Of a stretch of DNA of 64,000 nucleotides, positions 44,997 to 52,331 are shown in pieces. Both the position numbers and the translations under genes were made by a program. Numbering within the stretch: the first letter of the stretch is position 1; each line of letters starts with the position of its first letter. The notes beneath the pieces were generated by a model that did not search any database, was not told the DNA's origin, and saw only the letters and a program-made list of their open reading frames with translations. Origin of the DNA: Patescibacteria group bacterium (GTDB lineage Bacteria; Patescibacteriota; Patescibacteriia; Patescibacteriales; JBAZCA01); NCBI GenBank assembly GCA_041671125.1, contig JBAZCA010000001.1, positions 136,120 through 200,119 on the forward strand. Reading direction: 5' to 3'.

Positions 44997-45896
44997 TTAT
45001 ACATACGTCAGCCACTTACTGTATTTCTCGTTCTCGCCCGCCACAATTCGCATAAACTCCTCGTTCAGCTTCCCGGTAATCGCTCCGATTTTTCCGTTGG
45101 CAATTAACTGGCCGTTAATTGATCCAATCGGCGTTACCTCGGCCGCCGTGCCGGTGAAAAAGCATTCATCCGCGGCCAAAGCCTCCTCTAATAAAACTAT
45201 CCTTTCTTCTGTTTCATATCCTAAATCGCGCGCCAGTTCAATTATGGATTGTCTGGTAATCCCCGCTAAAATATTTCCCAAAAGAGGCGTAACCAGTTTG
45301 CCTTCTTTTGCCAGGAAAAAATTTTCTCCCGGCCCTTCGGCAATGTTCCCGTTAAAATCCAAAAGAAGCGCCTCGTCATAACCTTCGCTGTTAACTTGCA
45401 AAAAGGACAAAATGGAATTTACGTAATGGCCGCAGATTTTCGCGTCGGTAACTGATGACTTTGGATGGATTCGAATATAATCCGCCACTTTCACTTTTAT
45501 CGGGTCAGCGCTTAGATATTTTCCCCAGGGCCAGGCGGCGATTATAGCTTCCACCGGACAGCCTAACGGACTGATCCTTAACTCGCCGTAGCCGTAATAA
45601 ATAAGCGGCCGGATGTAGCCCTGTTTCAGTTCGTTTATCCTAACGGTCTCAATCACCGCGTTTTTAAATTCTTCTTTGGTCCAGGGCATTTTCATTTTTA
45701 TGGCTCCGGCCGAATAATAAAGCCGGTCAATATGCTCTCCCAGCCGGAAGATGACCGGCCCTTTCTCGGTTTCATACGCGCGGATGCCTTCAAAAACCCC
45801 GGAGCCGTAATGGATCGAATGGCTAAGGACATGGACTTTAACCTCTTCCCATAATTTCATCTCCCCGTTTTGCCAGATGTATTTAGTGGATTGCAT
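44997..45896 (-). CDS. ilvE: Branched-chain amino acid aminotransferase
   Basis: HYGSGVFEGIRAY, PLGCPVEAIIAAWPWG and FFTGTAAEVTPI are fold-type IV motifs. Confidence 0.9.
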   Translation of the reverse strand: MQSTKYIWQNGEMKLWEEVKVHVLSHSIHYGSGVFEGIRAYETEKGPVIFRLGEHIDRLYYSAGAIKMKMPWTKEEFKNAVIETVRINELKQGYIRPLIYYGYGELRISPLGCPVEAIIAAWPWGKYLSADPIKVKVADYIRIHPKSSVTDAKICGHYVNSILSFLQVNSEGYDEALLLDFNGNIAEGPGENFFLAKEGKLVTPLLGNILAGITRQSIIELARDLGYETEERIVLLEEALAADECFFTGTAAEVTPIGSINGQLIANGKIGAITGKLNEEFMRIVAGENEKYSKWLTYV

Positions 45897-46050
45897 AGAT
45901 AATTTTCAATTTCAAATTTTCAATTTCTAAACAATTTTCAATGAATTAATTTCTAAATTTTATTCCGAATCACCGGATTAATTAAAAATTTAAAAATTGG
46001 AAATTGTTTGAAAATTAGAAATTGAAAATTGAAAATTTTACTTGTTACTG
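45897..46050. repeat. Family E AT-rich long hairpin
   Basis: Arms ttttcaatttcaaattttcaatttctaaacaattttcaatgaattaatttctaaatttt and aaaaatttaaaaattggaaattgtttgaaaattagaaattgaaaattgaaaat. Confidence 0.7.
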
Positions 46051-46073
46051 AGTAGTAAACTTTTAATAACGAT

Positions 46074-47936
46074 TCACTTTTTTTTGTCCTCTTTTTTATT
46101 ACATAAAATATTATACGCGCGTTCAAACGCCTCTATGCTCGCCACAATTATATCCGGCGAGGTGGCGGTTGAAATAACTTTGTTTTCAGCCTCGTCTTTT
46201 AAGCCCATAGTCACTTCAACCGACGCGTCAGTTCCTTTGCGGTCAATTTTTACGTCAAAATCAATGAGCCAGTAATTCGGCAGTTTTTCGTTCTTTATGA
46301 CTTCGCGCACGGCTTTCATTATCGCGTCCACCGGACCGACGCCGAAAGATTTTCCCCGGCAAACCCGCTTTCCCGCTACCCGGACGCAAACCTCGGCTTC
46401 GGCCCGGGCGGTTTTTGACGTTGATACGTTGAAATCTTCCACGCTGATGATTTTTTTCGCTCCCGGATCGGTTTTTAAGATGGACTCAATAATATGCTGT
46501 AAGTCCGATTTCCTCATCTTATCTTCTTTTTTAAAAAAATTTTCCACTTCAGCCTGGATGGCGACGAGATATTTTTTATCAAGGCTCACCCCGAATTTAC
46601 CCTTAACGGTTTTTTCCGTCTTCTTTAAAACCGGACATTTGGTAAAAAGCACTTCCACTTTATCTTTTTCCACGGTTGACTGGATATTGTAAAGTTTCAT
46701 TTTAAGGTAATGGTCTACCTCGGAGAGGTTAGGTTCAATTGACGGCGGCGAAGGCAGAATTTTTAACATAGTCACCGGATCCTTAAGCCCGTTGCCGGTC
46801 AAAACGCAAACAACGGTTTCTTCTTTTTTTATTACGCCTTTTAAAGCGAGCATTTTTACGGCCGCGAGCGGCAGGGCGGCTGACGGCTCAACAAAAATTG
46901 ATTCTTCGCTGGCGAGCTCTTTTTCCGCTTTAAGAATTTCCTCGTCCGAGACTTCTAAAGCCATGCCTTTGGATTCTTTTATATCCCTCAAAACTTTCAG
47001 GCCGTCCACCGGGTAACCGACCGCCACGGCCGAAGCGATTGTCCGGGGTTTGGGGATTGGTTTTATTTTCGTGGTTTTTTCGCGGTAAGCCAGGGCAATA
47101 GTGTTGGACCCTTCGGGCTGGACGCCGATTACTTTCGGCAGTTTGTTAATAAAACCAAGCTCGTAAAACTCGCGCATGCCTTTATAGATGGCCGCAATGT
47201 TGGTTCCGCAACCGACCGGCACGATTAAGTAGTCTGGCGCGTTCCAGCCGAGCTGTTCCACTATTTCATAGCCTTGGGATTTCTGACCTTCACCGCGGAA
47301 TACATAGTCTCCGGCCAGATAAAATTTATATTTTTTCGCGATTTCTTCGGCCAGTTTCGCGCACTCCGAATAAGTCGCCCGAACCTGGATTACCCGGGCG
47401 CCGTAAGCGAGGGTCTGCGCCAGCTTTCCGATCGGCGTGCCTTCGGGCACGACGATATAAGCCGGAATTCCGGCTTGAGAGGCGTAGGCCGAAACCGAAG
47501 CGGCCATATTGCCGGTTGAAGCGACGACGACCGCCTTAGCGCCCATTTCCAGGGCTTTGGTTATTTCCACCATAGTCCCCCGGTCCTTAAAGCCGCCAGT
47601 CGGATTAGAAGTCTCATCCTTAAAATACAAATTTTCCAGTCCGAGCCGCTTGGCGATTTTCCGCGATTTCCGAAGCGGCGTCCCGCCTTCGTTTAACGTT
47701 ACCAATTTTTTAAGATCAAGAATCGGGTAAAAATTAAGATACTTGGTCGCGGAAATCGGCGCGTACTTTAAATTAAACTGGTTTAACCGGCATTTGATAA
47801 AATCCCAGTCATATTCGGCTTCCAAAGCGTCGCCGCATTTTAAACAGGACGAAGATGTTTCTTTTTCATCCCAAACCGTCCCGCATTTAACGCATCGCAA
47901 CCGGTAAAACTTAACTGTGCCTTTTGAAGAAACCAT
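46074..47936 (-). CDS. Threonine-synthase-like PLP enzyme fused to a C-terminal LeuA-type allosteric domain
   Basis: N-terminal zinc ribbon (CVKCG...CLKCG). FKDETSNPTGGFKDRG (PLP lysine) and TGNGLKD are ThrC-family motifs. A linker of about 100 aa follows. The C-terminus GVGPVDAIMKAVREV...DASVEVTM...SPDIIVASIEAFERAYN parallels the LeuA C-terminus. Confidence 0.7.
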   Translation of the reverse strand: MVSSKGTVKFYRLRCVKCGTVWDEKETSSSCLKCGDALEAEYDWDFIKCRLNQFNLKYAPISATKYLNFYPILDLKKLVTLNEGGTPLRKSRKIAKRLGLENLYFKDETSNPTGGFKDRGTMVEITKALEMGAKAVVVASTGNMAASVSAYASQAGIPAYIVVPEGTPIGKLAQTLAYGARVIQVRATYSECAKLAEEIAKKYKFYLAGDYVFRGEGQKSQGYEIVEQLGWNAPDYLIVPVGCGTNIAAIYKGMREFYELGFINKLPKVIGVQPEGSNTIALAYREKTTKIKPIPKPRTIASAVAVGYPVDGLKVLRDIKESKGMALEVSDEEILKAEKELASEESIFVEPSAALPLAAVKMLALKGVIKKEETVVCVLTGNGLKDPVTMLKILPSPPSIEPNLSEVDHYLKMKLYNIQSTVEKDKVEVLFTKCPVLKKTEKTVKGKFGVSLDKKYLVAIQAEVENFFKKEDKMRKSDLQHIIESILKTDPGAKKIISVEDFNVSTSKTARAEAEVCVRVAGKRVCRGKSFGVGPVDAIMKAVREVIKNEKLPNYWLIDFDVKIDRKGTDASVEVTMGLKDEAENKVISTATSPDIIVASIEAFERAYNILCNKKEDKKK

Positions 47937-48090
47937 ATATTTTTACAAAACCACTTTATGGAGCTTGCGCGTTTGGATGCGATTCCCTGCCTGCCGGCAG
48001 GCAGGAAGGCGGCGCCGAGAAACGGAACGAGTCGTACTTAAGGTACGGCGAGTGAGTATCGCAGACGCCAACGCAGAAGCTCTAGATATT

Positions 48091-48152
48091 TAAAAAACCA
48101 CCTATGTTGGTGGCAGTTTTCTTTTCCTTTTAGTCCAATTATGAAACTGCCA
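48091..48152 (-). terminator. ilv attenuator: terminator and antiterminator segments
   Basis: Minus strand: GUGGCAGUUU (48142-48151) is perfectly complementary to AAACUGCCAC (48112-48121). The terminator is CCACC-AACAUA-GGUGG followed by UUUUUU (48094-48115). Confidence 0.65.
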
Positions 48153-48218
48153 CTAGGTGGGAATAATCAAGCTTACTACTACTACAATATCCAGGTTTTT
48201 TGGCAGTTTTTTTATCAT
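48153..48218 (-). CDS. Candidate leader peptide, Ile/Val/Leu-rich (21 aa)
   Basis: MIKKLPKNLDIVVVVSLIIPT, verified codon by codon. 11 of 21 residues are branched-chain. The ATG lies 6 nt after the -10 box. Confidence 0.7.
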   Translation of the reverse strand: MIKKLPKNLDIVVVVSLIIPT

Positions 48219-48224
48219 GTTATA

Positions 48225-48253
48225 ATTCTAAAGCTTTTCCTTATGCGTGTCAA
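48225..48253 (-). promoter_or_regulatory. Sigma70-like promoter of the ilv leader
   Basis: Minus strand reads TTGACA (48248-48253), 17 nt spacer, TAGAAT (48225-48230), 6 nt, ATG. Confidence 0.6.
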
Positions 48254-48280
48254 GGGCTTTTTACAGGCTTTTTTCAGTAT

Positions 48281-48309
48281 TTGACTGCAAAGGTTTTCTT
48301 AAGTAATAT
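48281..48309 (+). promoter_or_regulatory. Divergent sigma70-like promoter for leuCD-leuB
   Basis: TTGACT (48281-48286), 17 nt spacer, TAATAT (48304-48309). Followed by the hairpin cctcatatctcataa / ttatgagatatgag. Confidence 0.5.
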
Positions 48310-48399
48310 TAAATAAACAAACCTCATATCTCATAACTTTGTTTCAGAATAAAAGTTACGATTTATGAGATATGAGTTATGAGATATGAGTTACGAGTT

Positions 48400-50394
48400 A
48401 TGAGTAATAAAACCGCTTTTGAAAAAATTATAGAAGATCATCTTAAAAAAACTCTTCCAGACGGGAGACTGATATTAAGGCTGGACTGGGTTTGGGGCCA
48501 TGAAATTACGACCCCGAACGCCATTTTAGACATGAAAGCCCGGGGCATTAATTCGGTTTTTAATCCTAACCGGATTAAGCTCATGATTGACCATGTCAAT
48601 CCCCCGAAAGACACAGCTTCGGCCATCCAGGCAAAAATTATAAGGGACTTCGCGCGCGAAATGGATATTGAATTCCTTGAAGTCGGACGGAACGGGGTCT
48701 GCCACGCGGTCATTCCGGAAAAAGGCTGGATCGCGCCGGGCCAGATCGGCATCATGGGCGACTCGCACACTTCCACCCACGGCGCGTTCGGCGCTTTTAC
48801 CGCCGGGGTCGGCACGACTGACCTTGAAAACGCGCTAATCACCGGTTTATGGATTTGTCCGCCCCAGAAAGTTATTCGCGTTAATTTTATTGGTGAGCTT
48901 CCGAAAAACGTTTTCGCCAAAGACTTAGCCTTAACGCTTATAAAAAAAATCGGGGTTAAGGGCGCTACTAACGCGGTCCTTGAATTCGGCGGTCCGATAA
49001 TTTCCGGTTTAAGCATGGAAGGTCGGATGACAATTTCCAATATGGCGATTGAAGCCGGAGCGAGCTCGGGATTAATGCCGATTGACGAGAAAACCATTGA
49101 TTATCTCTGGCTCTCGCTTAAAAAAAAGTATGGCTCAAAAAAAGCGGCGCTGGATGAATTATCAAAATGGAACAGCGACGAAGGCGCCGAATACGAAAAA
49201 ACCGTTGAAATTAGCGCGAGCGAATTAACGCCGGTCATTACTGATAATTACTCACCCGAAGACGTCCATCCGGTTAAAAAATTGGCGGGCAAAAAGATTG
49301 ACCAGGTCTATATCGGCTCCTGCACCAACGGCCGGATTTCCGACTTACGAATCGCGGCCGGAGTATTTAAAACATTCGGCTCCTCCCCCTTACTAAGGGG
49401 GAGGCTGGGAGGGGGTAGCGTCCATAAAAACGCAAGATGCATTGTCGTTCCGGCCAGCCAGCATATTTACAGCCGAGCCATGAGGGAAGGCTTAATAGAC
49501 ATATTTTTAAAAGCCGGCTGTCTCGTCAGCGCGCCGACTTGCGGCGCCTGTCTCGGGATGAGTAACGGAGTGATTGCTCCGGGTGAAACCTGCGTTTCTA
49601 CGACCAACCGGAACTTTCCCGGCCGGATGGGCAAAGGCGGCATGGTGCACTTGGCCTCGCCCCTGACCGCCGCGCTCACGGCCATAGAGGGAAAAATTTC
49701 CGAACCGGGTATTGAGCTCGGAAAAAAAACCGAAGCGTTTATTTTGGCTCTGCCAGAATCCAAAGAACCGCCCCAAGCTTTAACCGGCTGGAAAGAGAAG
49801 ACTGTTCCTCTTCCTGATTTTAAGAACCTGCTAAAAACCATAAGCGCCGGCAAAGAAAAAAACTTCTCCGGAGAAGTTTTTTACCTGCCGATAAAAAATG
49901 TTGACACTGACCAGATAATCCCGGCTCGCTACTTAACCGAAACTGATAAAACCGAACTCGGGAAGCATTGCCTTGAAGACGCGGGACTCACGGATGAAGA
50001 CAGAAAAAAAATTTATCAGTCGCGGATTTTGGTGGCCGATGAAAATTTCGGTTGCGGTTCGTCCCGCGAGCACGCCCCCTGGGCTCTTGAAGCCGCCGGG
50101 ATAAGATGTATCATTGCTCCATCTTTCGCGAGAATTTTTTACAATAACATGTGGAATAACGGCCTTTTATGCGTTGAACTAAAACCTGAGGAAATTAAAG
50201 AACTATTCCATAACAAACCCGCCAGACTTGATATTGACTGGAATGACGACCGGATCAGGACTGAAGCTAAAAAAGAATATAAATTTAAACTATCAGAGTA
50301 TCAAAAAGAATTAATTCAAAATAACGGTAGTGTCGGCGCCATGCTAAAACTGGCGGTAAAGATTTTTCCTCCCCCTTACCAAGGGGGAGGCTAG
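48400..50394 (+). CDS. leuCD: 3-isopropylmalate dehydratase, fused large and small subunits (LeuC-LeuD)
   Basis: Aconitase-family large subunit (GDSHT, IGSCTNGR, CGACLGM, TNRNFPGRMG). A linker follows, then the small subunit (VDTDQIIPARYL, ENFGCGSSREHA). A family D repeat sits in frame at 49381, and the stop lies in the family D repeat at 50392. Confidence 0.85.
   Translation: MSNKTAFEKIIEDHLKKTLPDGRLILRLDWVWGHEITTPNAILDMKARGINSVFNPNRIKLMIDHVNPPKDTASAIQAKIIRDFAREMDIEFLEVGRNGVCHAVIPEKGWIAPGQIGIMGDSHTSTHGAFGAFTAGVGTTDLENALITGLWICPPQKVIRVNFIGELPKNVFAKDLALTLIKKIGVKGATNAVLEFGGPIISGLSMEGRMTISNMAIEAGASSGLMPIDEKTIDYLWLSLKKKYGSKKAALDELSKWNSDEGAEYEKTVEISASELTPVITDNYSPEDVHPVKKLAGKKIDQVYIGSCTNGRISDLRIAAGVFKTFGSSPLLRGRLGGGSVHKNARCIVVPASQHIYSRAMREGLIDIFLKAGCLVSAPTCGACLGMSNGVIAPGETCVSTTNRNFPGRMGKGGMVHLASPLTAALTAIEGKISEPGIELGKKTEAFILALPESKEPPQALTGWKEKTVPLPDFKNLLKTISAGKEKNFSGEVFYLPIKNVDTDQIIPARYLTETDKTELGKHCLEDAGLTDEDRKKIYQSRILVADENFGCGSSREHAPWALEAAGIRCIIAPSFARIFYNNMWNNGLLCVELKPEEIKELFHNKPARLDIDWNDDRIRTEAKKEYKFKLSEYQKELIQNNGSVGAMLKLAVKIFPPPYQGGG
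49381..49420. repeat. Family D half-element in frame within leuC
   Basis: tcctcccccttactaagggggaggctgggagggggtag encodes ...SSPLLRGRLGGGS... Confidence 0.75.
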
Positions 50395-50446
50395 GAGGGG
50401 GTTGTTTTTCCTCCCCCTTACCAAGGGGGAGGCTAGGAGGGGGTTG
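50363..50446. repeat. Perfect tandem duplication of a 42 bp family D unit
   Basis: tttttcctcccccttaccaagggggaggctaggagggggttg occurs at 50363-50404 and again at 50405-50446. It contains the leuCD stop codon (TAG at 50392-50394). Confidence 0.85.
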
Positions 50447-50448
50447 TG

Positions 50449-50868
50449 ATGACCAGAATCTTTAATCTAAAAGCTAAAAAAGAAATCAGGAAAAAGCTTA
50501 GAGCGCAGACTCATGTTGTCAGCTGTGAAAAACTACTTTGGTATAAATTAAGAAAATCTCAGTTAAATTATAAATTCAGAAGGCAACACGGAATCGGAAA
50601 TTACGTAGTTGATTTCTACTGCCCCCGACTAAAGATAGTAATTGAAGTTGATGGCGCCACCCATTCAAGTGACAGGGAAATTCAGTATGATAATTTAAGA
50701 GAAAATTATTTAAAGAGTTTAGGATTAGTCGTGAAGAGATATTTTAATCACGATATTAAATATAGCTTGGGCGCTGTGTTAAGCGATATAAATGAAACTT
50801 GCTTAAAACGAGTTAATCAGCACAAACCCCTCCCTAACCCTCCCCTTCTTAAGGGGAGGGGAAAATTT
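50449..50868 (+). CDS. DUF559 (Vsr-like endonuclease fold) domain ORF with no stop codon before leuB
   Basis: EKLLWYKLRKSQLNYKFRRQHGIGNYVVDFYCPRLKIVIEVDGATH is the DUF559 signature. It is flanked by inverted family D arms and runs in frame into the leuB ATG at 50869. Confidence 0.7.
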
Positions 50869-52056
50869 ATGCTTAAAAAAACAATCGCTCTCGTCCCTGG
50901 CGACGGCTCGGGTCCGGAGATGATGCGGGAAGCTTGCGCGATAGTAGCCGAGGCGGCTAAAAAAGATAATATTAAAATTGAATTCGTAAATACCCCCATG
51001 GGCTGGAATGCTTACCATGAGTTTGGCGATACCCTGCCCGGGGAGTCTTTTAAAAAGGCCGTTAAAATCGGGACGATTTTTTTCGGCGGCGTCGGCGACC
51101 CGGAATTTGACCTGACTATTGGCAAAGAAAAACCGGAGATGATGCCTGAAGCCCGGGCGCTTTTAGCGCTCCGTAAAACCATGGGCCTATTATTGAACTT
51201 CCGGCCAATGGTCTTTTATAAAACCCTGGACCATTTAGCTAATGTTAAGCCGGAAAACATCCCCGAAGAAGGCGTTAAGCAATACTGGATCCGGTTTCTT
51301 CTTGAAGACAGCTATTTCGGCAATATTGACTTTCAGCCCGAGGCTGATCCGCCTTTGGCGAAAAATATCAGCTTCCGCGAAGAAATAAGAAAGAAAATCG
51401 GACTTAAATTAAAACAAGATGTAACGATTGATGATGAAATTATTACTGATCTGGCTTATTATAAAAAATCCACGCTGGAAAAATATTTCCGCGCCTGCTT
51501 TTCTTACGCCCGCGAATTAAACCTCCCGCTCATCTCCGTTGACAAAGCCAATGTCATGGCTCGCCACGATTTTTGGCGGAAAATCGCGACGAAAATCGGC
51601 GCCGAAGAATTTCCGGACGTGAAATTAATCCATCAGCTCGTTGACTCGGCCAATTCAATGCTTTTCACGCCGGCGAAATTAAACGCTGTTATTGCCTGCG
51701 GAAATGAGCACGGCGACATTCTTTCCGACGGCGCGGCCGCGGCTTTAGGTAGTATGGGGCTTATGTGCTCTTCATCAATTAACCCGGAAACGAACGCCGG
51801 ACTTTTTGAATCCGGCGCCGGAACCGCTCCGACTTTAAAAGGCGCGGACAAGGCTAATCCGCTCGGCCGGATTTTAACCGGAGCGCTTATGCTAAGACAT
51901 ATTGGCGCGAAAGTCGGCGCCGAAGCCATAGAAAAAGCCGTCAACCAGGTTTTGCGCGACGGCTACCGCACAGGAGACCTCTTTACCAAAAACGATGACG
52001 CCTCTAAACTGCTCGGCACGTCGGGAATGGGAGAGAAAGTTTTTAGCTGCTTGTAA
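50869..52056 (+). CDS. leuB: 3-isopropylmalate dehydrogenase
   Basis: IALVPGDGSGPEMM, LNFRP and GDILSDGAAALGSMGL are isocitrate/isopropylmalate dehydrogenase motifs. Context is with leuCD and leuA. Confidence 0.85.
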   Translation: MLKKTIALVPGDGSGPEMMREACAIVAEAAKKDNIKIEFVNTPMGWNAYHEFGDTLPGESFKKAVKIGTIFFGGVGDPEFDLTIGKEKPEMMPEARALLALRKTMGLLLNFRPMVFYKTLDHLANVKPENIPEEGVKQYWIRFLLEDSYFGNIDFQPEADPPLAKNISFREEIRKKIGLKLKQDVTIDDEIITDLAYYKKSTLEKYFRACFSYARELNLPLISVDKANVMARHDFWRKIATKIGAEEFPDVKLIHQLVDSANSMLFTPAKLNAVIACGNEHGDILSDGAAAALGSMGLMCSSSINPETNAGLFESGAGTAPTLKGADKANPLGRILTGALMLRHIGAKVGAEAIEKAVNQVLRDGYRTGDLFTKNDDASKLLGTSGMGEKVFSCL

Positions 52057-52060
52057 GTTA

Positions 52061-52081
52061 CCCCCCCCCCCCTTTTTTTTT
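52061..52081. repeat. C12 T9 homopolymer tract
   Basis: cccccccccccc (52061-52072) followed directly by ttttttttt (52073-52081), just after the leuB stop. Confidence 0.9.
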
Positions 52082-52322
52082 GTCATTCCGGAAGCTGTCC
52101 CTATTTGTCATCCTGAGCGGAGTGAAACGTAGCGAAGGATCTGCGAACGCGAATTTCGTAAGTTAAGCCATTTGGGGATTATAGAGTAAATAAAAAAGAT
52201 TAAGGAATGATGATGAAAACCAGTAATATATTATAATAAGTGAACGCAAAAAATACATACGCAGATCCTTCGCTGCGCTCAGGATGACAATTGAGACAAA
52301 TCCGCCTTCGCGGGAATGACAA
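52081..52322. repeat. Family C nested composite between convergent leuB and leuA
   Basis: Outer arms tgtcattccgg / cgggaatgaca. Inner arms tgtcatcctgagcggagtgaaacgtagcgaaggatctgcg / gcagatccttcgctgcgctcaggatgaca. Centre is about 100 bp. Confidence 0.8.
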
Positions 52323-52331
52323 AATAAAAAA

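Noticed and set aside
48316-48400. Leader peptide for leuCD (ATG AGA TAT GAG TTA TGA, MRYEL)
   Set aside because: It has only five codons and one Leu, and it is part of a tandem/inverted atgagatatgagtta repeat that forms a hairpin. No downstream terminator was found. It is treated as repeat sequence, not an attenuator.
50446-52056. Annotating the 536-aa ORF as one genuine bifunctional protein
   Set aside because: The DUF559 part and the LeuB part are joined through repeat DNA. leuB has its own ATG at 50869 followed by a normal N-terminus (MLKKTIALVPGDGSGPE). The two are reported as separate features, with the in-frame continuity flagged as an open question.
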